64,000 nucleotides of DNA from Phaeosaccion multiseriatum (taxonomy: Eukaryota; Protista; Ochrophyta, other classes): positions 2,976,001-3,040,000 of the forward strand of contig OZ218955.1 in the NCBI GenBank assembly GCA_965112735.1, in the 5' to 3' direction. This document shows, in pieces, positions 1-22,340 of this stretch. The position numbers and the translations under genes are program-made. Below the pieces are notes generated by a model, which was not told the origin of the DNA, ran no database searches, and saw nothing but the letters and a program-made list of their open reading frames with translations. Numbering within the stretch: the first letter of the stretch is position 1; the number at the start of each line of letters is the position of its first letter.

Positions 1-535
1 GCGCCTGTTGGTAGTCTAGGCAGGCATCGAACCTGTGAGTGCGTCGGGGATGGCCACGTCTCTGGTGGCTGCGGCGATGAGATCCTCCGCCACTGTGAGC
101 AGCAGGTCGGGCTGCTCTTGGAACATCTGTGTTTTCCACCCATCCACAGAGATGGGGGGGCAAAGGCAGGGGATATGGGGAAGGGGGAGAGGGAGTAGGG
201 GAGATGAGAACAAGAGACGAAGGAGGTTAGAGGGAGGAGGGGGGGGGGGGAGCGAGAGAGGGAGAGAGAGAGAGGGTAAGCGATGGTGGGTGGTATTGCG
301 TGGATGTTGAGGACACTAAGCAACATACATCTGAGGCCAATTCGCTGAGCTCGGAGGGCATGATGGCCGGAGTGCCGAGCTTGTTGGAGAGTGCCACCTG
401 GATGGCTTCGGCAAGGGACGGCTGAGACAGCACGGCCCCGTGGACGAGAGAGGACACCTTCGTGGGGAGGGGGGGGGGAGGGAGGGAGGCAGAGAGAGGG
501 AGGCAGGGAGGCAGGGAGATGGGTAGTGTGTGTGT

Positions 536-597
<62 letters not shown>

Positions 598-1163
598 AAG
601 AAAGGGAGGGAGGACAGCAACTTTGTGCATAGAATATACCAGAGTCCAGTCAGAGAAACGTAGAACAAATGCAAGGCAAAGCAGAGAAGGACACACGGAC
701 ACACGCCGCGCCTTCGTAGCTCACACACCTGCGGGTCTTGGCCCGCCGCAATGGTGGCCTCGAACTGCAGTAAGTCCCACAGTGGGTCATCGCTGTGGTG
801 CAGCAGCTCCACGAGATCCGTCACGCTCTGCACGTCCCCCACCTCCATCTCAACGTCGACCTCCTTCTCCTCCTCCTTGGTCTTCTCTTGCTTGGGCTGC
901 TGCTGCTCCTTCTCGATCCGTGTTTCTTTTAGAGGAGAGCCGAGAGGGAAAGAGCGCAGGACGGACCGAGGAGTGGTCGTATGGCTGCGGCTGACGGTAG
1001 AGCATGTCTGCTGGCGTCCAGTGCTGATTCTGGCATACCCTGATGCACGGCTGACTGAGGGATTGGGTGCGAAGGCGAGAGCAAAGCCATTCTCATCACT
1101 CCTGCTCCTCCAGCCCCCAAGAAGCAGAGGAAGAAGAAGCACAACTTGGTACATACCCATCAT
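1..1163 (-). CDS. SAT: Serine O-acetyltransferase, plastid-targeted; 5' part, 3' end runs off the window. Exons 1163-729, 457-329, 126-33
   Basis: Manual splicing at GT-AG sites gives MMGMYQVVLLLPLLLGG...ALAFAP...DDPLWDLLQFEATIAAGQDPQ|VSSLVHGAVLSQPSLAEAIQVALSNKLGTPAIMPSELSELASD|MFQEQPDLLLTVAEDLIAAATRD. This matches the SATase_N/CysE N-terminal helical domain pattern. The hydrophobic N-terminus plus ALAFAP resembles a stramenopile bipartite plastid signal. Confidence 0.85.
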
Positions 1164-1288
1164 CTCCCCTCAAGCATTTGCAGATAAAGTCAAGGAAGAG
1201 ACAACGAGAGAGAGAGAGAGAGAGAGAAGAGAGAGGAAGAGAGTGGGAGGATGAGGGACGGGAGGGAGGCTCCAGAGGATGGCAGCGG
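1164..1288. promoter_or_regulatory. Putative compact bidirectional promoter (SAT / HECT ligase)
   Basis: Divergent start codons ~125 bp apart with a GA-repeat between them; inferred from gene geometry only. Confidence 0.4.
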
Positions 1289-10407
<9,119 letters not shown>

Positions 10408-10970
10408 TCACAGGATGTAGCACCAACACGTCAACATCGACGCTTCGGGATTCAGGATGGGATAGGTCAAGACAGCGAGGGCTACACATCGCCTGAGTAG
10501 TGATGGTGGTTCTGAGGACTGCGCTGAGTAGTCAAGGCTGAGATCACCATACCAACCCAATCGGAGAGGAGGAGGAGGACAAAGAGCTGCGAGAAGCGGC
10601 AGCAGAGCATAGCAAATTGTATTTACATGTACAGTAAGTAGTAAGTAGTATGTAACTGTGTGTAAGCTCCTTTTCCATGGCATGACGTGAGGCAAGCACT
10701 CCGGTGTTTGCCCATATGATGATAATGTGATGCCGAGGCGCCCCGTCGGGCCCTAACATACGGCTCCCTCCCCCTCCTCCTCCTTCCTTCTTTGGTGTTG
10801 TTGCGCTCCTCCCCCCCCGCCCCGCCACTCCTTCCACTCCCTCCTAAGCGCTGTCGACCTCCTCCTCCACCACCGATGCCACAGCACAGCGCGAGAAAGG
10901 GAGTGGTGGATGATCACGGAGCAGCAGCAGCAGCCGCAGCAGTTGGTGATACAAGCAGGCCCTCTCCAGC

Positions 10971-12758
10971 TTACGTATTGTTAAGCTCCTCCCACTCGTG
11001 CTTGGCTATCTTTGAATAGAACTTCCCTTCCTGCTTCTCCCTGCTGATGCGCCAGTAGTACTCCGGCATTGGGGCAGACTTGGAGTGCGTCCTCAGCTTC
11101 TGACTCATGGTAGACACGAACTCCTCGTCGTGAGTGATCACGACGAGCTGGAACTTGGCGGCCTGGCAGCCAGGGGGTGGAGGGATGGCAGTCAATTGGT
11201 GGGGGGGTGGGTGCGTGCGTGGGTGAGAGAGAGACGAGAGAGAGGCCGACAGAGAGAGAGACGAGAGAGAGACGAGAGAGAGAGAGAGAGAGGCCGATTG
11301 GGTGGCCTGTATAGCCTCATTCCTTCGCCCCTACGCACGCACCCCCACACGTGCCACCACCATACCCACATCCGACTCCCCTCCACTGCCATCCCTTGCA
11401 TGGTACTTCCACTGCCATCCCTGACAGGGTACCTACCTTCTGGGACCTATCGGCGATGATCTTGGCCAGCGCCTCGGCCAAGCCCTGCAGGAGGCAAGGT
11501 TGATTAATTGTTAAATCCATCAGCACCGTCAATCACTCAATCAGTCCATCAACACATCAATCAGTCATGGGAGGAACGAAGCACTTGCAGCAGCAGGAGA
11601 GGGCAGCAGCAGCAGCAGCAGCACCAGCAGCACCAGCAGCAAACACAATTGTTTTATTCCGTCCGGAGAGAGGGTGTGCCTTGCTCCGACTGGGAGGCGA
11701 AAGTCCCTCCCGTACACAAGTCATTCTTTTCGGGGAAGGAGGGCTGTGGAGAAGAACAAGGCCTTCTCTCCCTCCCTCCCTTCCCCCTCCCTCCCTCCCT
11801 CCCTCCCTCCCTTCCCCCTCCCTTCCCCCTCCCTCCCTCCCTCCCCACTCTCTCCTCACATTCTTGTTGTCCTGGTCGAGGTTGGTGGTGGGCTCATCCA
11901 AGGCAAGTACGCTGCACTTGAGGCAGAACGTCTCTGCCAGGGCGAGGCGGATCACAATGCTCGCCAGCACCCTCTGCCCCGCCGAGCAGCGGCCCTTCAT
12001 GTCCAAGTTGGCTGCAGACGGCCAGCCATTGAATGCCATCCATAAAGAGTGGGAAGGAGGAGGAGGAGGAGGAGGAGGAGGAGGAGGGGGAGGAGGGGGA
12101 GGAGGAGGGAGAAGCAAGTGCGAGTTTGAGTTGAGTTGGCAAAAGGCGAGGAATGAAGAACCCAACATTTTCACACCAATGGGTGCAATTGACATGGCAT
12201 CATGACATAGCAATGCATGCGCCATTCACCTCTCCCTACACACTCACGCACTCACTTCCGTCCTTGGTCATTGCCACGCGGTAGTTGTAGGATCGCCTGG
12301 CCTTGGTGCTTCCCCCCTCCTCCCCCGACACGATCTCAATCTTGTCAATGTCCTGCCCCTTGTATGTCTCTCCCCACAGCTGGTGCACGGCCTTGTTGAT
12401 GTCAGCGATCTTCATGGCATGGTAGCTCAACAGAGACTTGTGTGTATAAGGGGGGAGGGGAGGGGAGGGGAGGGGAGGGGAGGGGAGGGGAGGGGAGGGG
12501 AGGGGAGGGGAGGGGAGGGACGGGGCGGGGCGGGGCGGGGCGGGCAGTTGCAGGTGCAGATTGAGTTTGCAAGCTTCAGTCTCCAGTCTCGCATTCACAC
12601 ACTGAACGGATGACCGACCGACTCGACAAGGCTTCTCGCTTCTCCGACATAAACACTGTATGACACGTCTGCGCCAACCCAACCACTCACCCACGCACAC
12701 ACCCACCGCCTATCTCCAAACACACACACACACACACACACACACGCACGCACTACCT

Positions 12759-12827
<69 letters not shown>

Positions 12828-15800
12828 GCACTACCTCACCCACATCCCCGTACCCCCCCGCACCTTGTCCAGGGCAAGCCAGAACTTGTCGAGGTCTTTG
12901 ACTGCCATCTCCGTAGTCGAGAACTCCTGTTGCTTCTGGCAGTGCTTGGCCTTGACATCCCGGTAGTCATCAGCCCTCAGACTCCTCTTCAGTTCCTTGT
13001 GCCTCTCATGCAGCGTCGAATACTTCCCCCTCTGCTCGGCCTTGTCAGACTCGAGCGTACGCAAGCCCGCGTCCAGCGTGCTGATTTGGTCGTGCAGCGA
13101 CCTTCCCCCAGCCCGCAGATGCTCCCCCTTCTTCTCTCGAATCTTCTCCTCCAGCGCCAGTATCTCCCGCTGCATCGCCTCTCGCTCCTTCTCCATGGCA
13201 ATGATGGTCAAGGCCTCCCTCGCATCCGACGCAAACTTCTCCTGCTCACTGCCATCGGCTTCCGCTTCGACAAGCCGTGCCTGGGCCTCTAACCATTGCT
13301 CGTTTGCCACTTTGTACCCCTCCTTGTTGCGCGCAATGTTTGCCTCATTCTCCTTCATTTGGCCCATCAGATCGCTCTCCATTGACTTATTCAGCCTCTC
13401 TTGCAGGGACCTGGGGGGTGGTGGGGAGTGTGAGCAAGCGCCACGCCGACACACATACACACAGACACACATACATACAGGCACGCATACACACACGACA
13501 GAGAGAGAGAACAACGGCACCAAAACCCGCCCCCGCAAACAAAAGGAAGAGTGAGGTGTGTTAACACAATGAGTTCCCTATCTGAGAGCCTCTTCCTCCT
13601 CCTCCTCCTCCTCCTCCTCCTCCTCCTCCTCCTCCTCCTCCTCCTCCCTCCCTCCCTCCCTCGCTCCCCACCTGAAGGCATTTGCCCCCGCAGTTGTGTC
13701 GCTGAGTAAATCCTGCGCCTCGTCCTCCGCGGTACGGGCGTAGCGACGGAACTGCTCATGCTCCTACTCATGTCAGTAGGCCGAGTGTATGGGCGGGGGT
13801 GGGGGGGTAACAACAGGGAGGAGAGAGAGGGGGGGAGTGGAGAGGAAAAGGACGAGTTTCGAGAAGAGATGAGAGACTGGGAGTGCTAGGAAAGCGAGAG
13901 GAAGAGAGGGAGAAAGACAGGTAAGTGGGAGAGAGATCAACTAGACAAAAGCCGGCCGGATGATCCACTTCTGCTAGTGGGGGGGAGGGGAGGAAAGGCC
14001 TTCAGACACTACAATCGAATACTCTTCAAAGCAGTCGTTTCCTTGGCGAGAGTACATCGGCAAGACGCCCTCAAGCTTTCCACAATCAACGTGCCAATAT
14101 GCCGAGCATACGAGTGGGAAAAGCAAGCACGCAAGCAAGCACACATACACATAAACTGTCTTCTGGCTTCTGGACAGCGCGCATTCATGCAGCACACAGA
14201 GGACAGCTAGCAGCAACCCCTCTTTTTACCCTACCCACCTTTGACTTGCGGCCGAGCTCCTGCTTGAGAGGCAGCTCTCCCTCTTCCTGCTTGCGGATGT
14301 CCTCGCTCAGCTCCTGCCGCTGCATTCTGACTTCCGCCAGCCGCTTCTTCATCGTCTCCTGCTCCGCGGAGGAAAGAAGAACGAAACAAACAAATGAACA
14401 ACAACGAAAACAAAACAAAAACGAGCGAGGACAAGAATGAACAAGAGAGAGAAGGGAGGGACGGGTGAAAGCAAAGAGAGGCGTGGGTATGTGTGCATGG
14501 ACGCCCCCTCCACCCACCCAACCACCACATCCACCACACCCATCCCCGTGTCCTGACACTCACCCACCCACCCGCCCACCCACCCACCCCGCTATCCTGA
14601 CACCCACCCACTCTCTGTCTTGACACCCACCCACTCATCCACCCATTCTGACATAACACCCACCCTCTGTCCTGACACTCACCCACTCATCCACCCATTC
14701 TGACGTAACACCCACCCTCTGTCCCGACACCCACCCACTCTCTGTCTTGATACCCACCCACTCATCCACCCATTCTGACATAACACCCACTCTCTGTCCT
14801 GACACCCACCTGCCTCTCCAAGTTGGCGGCAAGCTCCTTGTGCATATCCTCAGCGTTTCTCTTGCGATGGCCGAGGCGGTAACTCTCTTGCCGTGCCGTG
14901 TCGATGGCAGTGGACTTCCTGCGTAGCTCGGTCTGCAGGCGGTCCTTCTTGGTCAGCTGGGGGCGGGACGGACGGAGGGAGGGAGGGACGGACGGACCGA
15001 CGGACCGACGGACGGAGGGATCGAGGGGGGGTCAGCGTGGGAGAGCGCATGAGCGCGAGAAAGAGAGTGATAAGTGACAGTAAGAGTGAGACAGAGATTG
15101 AGAGCGAGAGAGAGAGAGTAAGTGAGAGGGAGAGAAGCGTGAGAGAGAAAGAGTGAGAGTGAGAGTAAGAGAGAGACAGAGAGAGTAGAAGAGTGAAAGA
15201 GAGAGTATAAGAGTGACAGATAGAGTATGAGTGACAGAGAGAGTAAAAGAGATGGATGAAGGAAGAGTGACAGATAGAGTAAAAGAGAAAGAGTAAGAGT
15301 GACAGAGAGAGTCAGAGTCAGAGTACTGCCCCTCATTCTTGTGCCGTGATCCTCACTCCTCACCAGCTCATCAAGTGCCTTCCTAACGTCCCCAATGTCC
15401 CTGTTGCTCTCCGCCCCTGCACTGAAGGCGGTCAGCCTGTCCAAAGTGGCCTGCGCTTCCTTGCTCTCAATGGCCATACTACACAAGCGTCACGGAGGGA
15501 AGGGTGGGGGGGGGGGGGGGAGGGAGAGAGAGAGAAAGGGACAGAGAGAGGGTGGCGACGAAACGGAGATAAGAGAGAGGGAGAGGAAGACAGAGGCACC
15601 AACCCACCCACCCACCCACCCATCGACTGCCATCCCCGCACCTGTTGGCATCCTTGAGCCAGCGCTCGACGTCCCCATGCCTGAGTTTGACTTGCTCGAG
15701 CGTGTCAGTGCCCCTCTTGAGTGCTGTCTCCTCAAAAGCGGTGCTCTCGGCCTTCTCAGATACCTCCGCCTCCAGACCGGCAATCTAAGCGCACACGCAT

Positions 15801-16407
15801 ATGGGTATATATATATACATGAGTATATGGGCATGTAAGGGTATACGGACCCGCATATCAAAACGGTATAAGAAGGGAGCAACGGTAGCAGCAGAAGTAG
15901 TAGCAGCGGTAGCACAAGGAGTGGTAGCAGCATGGTAGCAGCAACACACCAGGAGGGCAAAAACAACAACAATGTAAAACGCAACCATCACCGTCTGCTC
16001 TTGTGTCCTTTTCACTCCCCCCCCCCCCCTCTATCTGCCCTCACCTCCCTATCCAGCTCAGTCAGCCTGCTGCCGATGGACATCCACTTGTTCCACTCCT
16101 CCGCCCGACCTTCCAGGGCCTCCACGTCCTCCTTGGCCTGCGCGGGAGGAGGAGGAGGAGGAGGAGGAGGAGGAGGAGGAGGAGGAGGAGGAGGGGGGGG
16201 GGGGGACATTGCCAGGCGAAGGGTAAAGGGTAAGCGTGGACAGAGAGCTGAGGCGAGGCGAAGCGAAGCGAAGGACAAACACGGGTGCATTGCTTGGCGC
16301 GACTTAAGAGATTGGAGAGAAATCACATGAGCGAAAGCCATCACCGGCAGCAGCAATAGTTGGTGATACGCCAACAGTAAGGACTGCACAGAGGAGCCTC
16401 CGCTGGA

Positions 16408-16440
<33 letters not shown>

Positions 16441-19400
16441 CAGCGGCGCCAACGAAGCTGCCAACGAAGCTGCTCAGGCCGCTGCTCAGGCCGCTGCTCT
16501 CATGCGCCCTCCCCCCCGCCACGTCTCCGCCTAGCTCCATCACACATGTAAGTTCCTCCACATCCACAAACACTCCGTCTCCATTTCGGTCTTGTCCATC
16601 ACAACCCCCCCCCCCCACACACACACTGTAGATACTTCTCCTTCTCCTTTCACAACCCCCCCCCCCCCACACACACACTGTAGATACTTCTCCTTCTCCT
16701 TTCTCACCCTCTACTCGCCAACTCGAGCTCTTCGAAGCACCAACGAATGAACGCACCTCATTGTAGAGTCTCTCATCCGTGCCAGCCATCTCGGCTTGCT
16801 GCGCCCAGGTCTGCATCGTTTGATCAAACGCCTTCATGCTGTGCACATGAACCGCGATGGCAGCAGAGGGCAGTGGATGGCAGTAGATACGCAGCACGTC
16901 GACATGCGGAGACAGAGCATGGAGAGAGAGAGAGGGGGGGGGGGGGGGGGGGCAAAGCGAAGCAAGAACAAGGCAAAGGCGAGGGTGAAAGCGAAAGGCG
17001 TGAGGAGGGACCGGAAACCGATGCTTTATCCGAGAACAAGGAAGGACTGAAACAAAAAAACACCTTCCTCCATCGCGTGTGTGGGCAAGACAAAACAACA
17101 CAACACAACACAACACAACACAAGTGATGAACAAAGCCAATGCTCAACTGCCCTGCCCCTCCCCTTCCCATCTCCTCCTCTCCTCTCCTCTCCTCCACGC
17201 CATACCTTACACCCACCACTGCACCACCCCCCTCCTCCACCCCCACCCAAAACTCATACCCTACCCTCAGCCTTGAACCCTCCTACCCTCACCCTATAAA
17301 ACCCTGAACCCCTAACCCCTTGACCGTCTGACCCTCTAAAGCTCTGAAGCTCTGAAGCTCTGAACTTACTCGTCCGTGCCCTTCTCGAGCCCTCGCTTGC
17401 AGGCCGGGCAGCAGCCGTCGTCTTTCACCTCGGCCTTGAAGTGAGAGATCATCGTCTTGATGGATTTGCCCTTCTGCCACGCCTGCATGCACCGCTCGGT
17501 TCTATCCTTGGCCAACGCCAAGAGGCTGCTCATATAGTCGGAATGCTCCACCTGTGATTATGTGTGTGTATATATGTATATATAGAGGTGAGGAGAGTGG
17601 TGACGAGTTCAATATGTTGACGAGTTCGGTCGGTGGTGAGCCTGAGGATGGGATGATAGGTCGTTGCTAGCGAGGGGAAGCGTTTATAACAACAGTCTTC
17701 GAAGCGCAGTAGCAGCAGCAGCCGCAGCGTCGTCCCTCACAATCATGAATGACGACATATTAAATCGACACCGATATATCCTGTACCGCCCTGTCCTGGA
17801 CAGACCCTCTATACGAGTACTCCTTGTGCATCACACATCACCTCCGTCCCTCCGTAGGGGGGCATTGGTTCTATTCTTCCTACCCCTCGGCATCATCCTC
17901 CATCTCCTACAACCCATGCCCATCTTTCATCCCACATCAATACCCCATGTAGTGCTCACCTCTGTAGGGGCGTTGTCTACCGCCTCCTGTATGGCCTTAC
18001 CCTTCTTCTTGCCGGACGAAGCCCCCTCGCGTATCTGCTTCTTCATCTCCCTGGCTGTCACCTGCAGGGCCTCAATGGACCCTGTCAGCGCGTCCTGCTC
18101 CTGCTTCTTGTGAGCCCGTTCTCGCTTGGCCTGTTTACACACCGTGTCCTTTTCGGTCTGCGCGCGGATCAGGTCGCTGGGGGTGGGTTGGTGTGGGGGT
18201 GTGCGTACGTGCGTGCGTGCGTGCGTGCGTGCGTGTCGAGAAAGGAAGAGGGAGGGGAAGGCACAAAAGCAAAGCGCCACACAGAGACGGAATGGAACGT
18301 TAGAGAGAGGAGAGGAAGTTGCGGTTGAGCCAGAGCGAAGATGGGCGGGGATGACAATCAAAAGACAACCCTCGGCTCAGAAGGACGGAAGGGAGCAATG
18401 CCAAAGGCGGAAAGAGAGGTTCAATATATATAGAGAGAGTGAGAGATACAGATGGCAGAGAGAGAGAGAGAGACTCTTTCTATCACCTCTCTCAAAAACA
18501 AGCCCCAACACGCACAAAAACACAAGCACACACAACAGGGCGATGGCAATACACGGCCCTCCTTGGCGCGTAGAACAAACAAGTACCAGCCAGGTATGCA
18601 CTGCCATCATCCACTGCCCCACGCACTCACGTGACCGCCTTGCTCCTCTCCTCCACGTCCCGCCCGCCGTCCTCCAGTTTGGCCGCCAGCACCGCCAACG
18701 TGTCTTTCAACGCGTCCACAGAGCCATCCGTAAGCCGCTCCTCCTCCGTCAGCAGCCCCCCCATTGTTCCTGACTCTTTGCAGTCCGCGTCGAGCCGCTG
18801 CCGCCTCTCCTTGAGCCTGTCCTGCCTCTGGAGCACCGCTTTGTTGTCCTCCTGCTCTCCACGGTCGGTCGGTCGGTCGGTCGGTCAGTCAGTCAGTCAG
18901 TCAGTCAGTCACGCGAGGGAAGGATGAGAGAGGGAGACAGACAGGGAGAGAGAGGGAGAACGTGAGAGGGAGGGAGAGAGAGGGAGAGAGGGGGGGGGGG
19001 GAGGGAGGGAGACAGTCACGCGAGTGAGTTTGTTATGAGCCATGCGTGAGGGAGGTACAGGCAAGAGGTCTTGGGAAACAGATGCGCAGATGGATGGGTG
19101 GGTGGACAGATGGGTGGATGGATGGATGGATAATATGGATGGATGGACGCGTTGGTAGAAGAATGATGTATCCTCGTTCAGGGCCAATCACCATCTAATT
19201 GAAAACTTAAACTCAAACGCAAACCCACCTCGTCGGCCTCGAGCTTGACGAGCAAGACCTTTTCATTCTCAATGTCGTGGTCGGCCTCCGAGATTGCTTT
19301 ATCGAGCTTTCGGCGGTCATTCTCGAGTTGTTCGACATTGTGTGCCGTGGTGTGCGCCTCGAGGGCAGCGTCTGCCTTGGCCTGCTGCCGAGCAGCCTCG

Positions 19401-19524
19401 TCCACCTGCGACTTTGTGACACTGCGGTATGTGGGTGTGGGTGGTGTGAGTGTGGGTGGGTGTGTGTGCGCGCGTGGGTGTGGGTGGGTGGGTGCATGTG
19501 TGTGTGCGTTCGTGTGTCTTTGTC

Positions 19525-19559
<35 letters not shown>

Positions 19560-22282
19560 AGGGAGAAGGGAGGAGGGAGGGAGGGAAGGCCGCCCGAGAC
19601 ACTTCGATTCTGAGCCCAATGCCTACTAACCTGCTGTTCCGAGTCTCGATTCCGAGCTTCTCTGCCTCCTTGTCGAGCTTGTCTGCCTCACCCTTCTTGG
19701 ACCGCATCATCACGTCCGACGTCTCCATTTGAGTCTAAGGAGGGAGGAGAAGGAGGAGGGAGGAGGGGGAGGGGGGGGAGGAGGGGGGAGGAAGGTGCGC
19801 GACAAGGCAATGACAAAAGGGGAGAAGAAGATGAGGGAGAGATACGCCCAACACACCCCCGTCCACAGCCCCACACCCTCCCTCCCTCCCTCCCTCCCTC
19901 CCTCCCTCCCTCCCTCCCTCCGTCCCTACCTCCCTCCCTCCCTTCCCCCCTCCCCCCCTCACCTGCAGCTTGGCAATAGCTGCCTGCCTCTCGTCTCCCT
20001 TCTGCCTGTGCTGCTGCCTCAGGGCCACCAATGCACTCTCCTTTTCGGTTACATGCTTGGCAAGGTCGCGTTCGAAGTCTGTGACCACCTCGGTGCTATA
20101 GGCGCTCTGACCGGGGCCGGTGGGCTTGTGGGGGTTGTCAGGGTGAGCGAGGACACGGGAGGGTGTAAGAGGGAGGAGGGGTGTGAGCCGTGGGTATGGG
20201 GGATGTTGAGAGGGTGGAGGGGGGAGGGGGTGGAGAGACGGAGAGGGCATGGCCACGGGAAGAGGGGGGGGGGGGGGGGGAGGGGGGGGGTGCAGGGTGG
20301 AGGGGTACGGGCACAAGAGACAAAATTGAGTATGCAAGGTGCTGTGGGAGAAGTGCGCATGAGAAAGGGATAGAACGGAGTGTAATGTAAGTACTAGGCA
20401 GTCAAGACAGACTCTGCCTGCGCAAAGGCGGGGCTGTCTTCTTTGAAGGAGGAAGGGAAGAGGAAGGAGAAGGCACACGTACGGCTCTGTCGCTCGATAC
20501 CTGCTGCGACTGACGGTCCGTGGGTACGAAGATGCCAAAGCGATCCGATAGAAGCTGTGCAGAGGGGTGTGTGTGCGGTGTGTGTGCAGCGAAAGAGTAA
20601 CGAGTACGCGGGAGGATAGACAGCAAGAAAAAGAAGAGGGGGGGGGGGGGGGGAGAGTATGTGGGCCAGAGGAGGGCGAGGCGAGAACAGTGTCAGGAGG
20701 CATCAGGCCGTCCATCACTGAACAGACAGGACGGACAGGACAGCACAGGGGTAGGGCAGGACAGGGGATGGCAGGGGATGGCAGGGGATGGGCAGGACAG
20801 GACAGGACAAGAAGGGACGCCACACGCCAAGGGGGAGGAGAACAGGCCCCTGGAGGGCCCACTGCGCTCCCTCCACCTTACTTACCTGCAGCTGATTGTC
20901 GCGATCCGCCACCAACGCCGTCTGGGAGGGGAGGAAGGAAGGGAAGCCCGCACAGGCGAAACAGGGCAAAAGACGTGGTGTAACGTCAGTTTCAGCGTCC
21001 GCAGCCCCAGCTTCAGTTTCAGTTTCAGTCAGTGTATACCTCTGGAGTCGATCGATCCGATCCACCCCTCTGTCCTAACACCCAACCCACCCTCCAAGTC
21101 CCCCTGACACCCAGCCCTCTGTCCTGACACCACCCACCCACCCACCCACCCACCTGGTCCTTGTACATCTGCTTGAGTGTACCTTGTTTGAGCGTGAGGT
21201 CCTGCTCCACCCCCTTGAGCTTTCTGAGCTTCTTTTGTGTCTTGTGCACATTCTGGCTGAGCTGCTCACGCTCCGCCTTGGGGTCGAGGAGTTTGGGTTG
21301 GGTGGGTTGGGTTGGGTTGGGTTGGGTTACATTGAGTTGGGTAGAGTTGAGCACTTTCCACTCAGTAATCAAGTCATTGCCCACTCACCCACGGCCCCCC
21401 TCCCCTTCACTACCCATCCACTACCCACCCACTCACCCACCCATTGACTTACGTATCCACGCCCCCACCTACCTCCGATTCCTTGAGCCTCTGTTGCTGT
21501 TCCTCCATGGCCTTCGTCACCTCCTCCTCCGACCGTTGCAGCCACGTCGCGCTCTCCTGGTTGGCACCCATGCGCTCCTTCTTCTCCTCCACCAACACCA
21601 CCCTCTCCGAAAGCCTCATCTCCTTGTCCTGCTTCTCCTGCCGCAGCGCGGTGCACTACAGGAGGTGATTCGTAAGTTGGGGTGTTGGTTGGGCTGGGAT
21701 TAAATGGCATCCGTACGGGTGGGTGGGTGGGTGGGTGGGTCGGTACAAGTTGCGGATGCACGTGTGCGGTATATCTCTTGTGTGTGCATGTGTGTGTGTG
21801 TGCAGGTAGGTAGGGCGCGAAAGACGTGGGTGCGCGATGAGAACAAGAGTTTGGGTGACGCAGCGAGGGGATTCGGGCAAAGGAAGCATCGCGGATGCGT
21901 TTGTACGTGCGTCATCGTGGCTCTCCCTCCCTCCTCATTCACTGCCATCCATCCCCCCCTTCCCCCCCTCCTCCCATCCACTGCCATCCTCACCTCCCTG
22001 GACACGGCCTGCAGCTTGGTCAGGGCCTCGGTGTCCTTGGCAATATTGGCGTTGATGCTCTCGATCTCCTCCTTCACCTTCGTAAGCTTGTCGTCCGTCT
22101 GAAGGAGATCAGACAGAGATACATAAGAGAGCGACGGAGAGACGTGAAGGACGGCGCACATACACACACACACACAGACGCGCGAGTGCCTCAACCTCCT
22201 TCAGCTTCAAAAGCACCAGAGCGCAGCCAATGCAACCAACGCAGACAAAGGCATCTCCCCAACTCTGCCCGACTCTGCCTGA

Positions 22283-22340
<58 letters not shown>

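Noticed and set aside
16601-16702. ~51-bp tandem duplication in a RAD50 intron
   Set aside because: Ordinary local slippage duplication with no coding or structural signal.
17270-17340. Telomere-like aaccct units (also aaccctcgtt x3 at 3311-3344)
   Set aside because: Short, degenerate and intronic; not enough to call an interstitial telomere.
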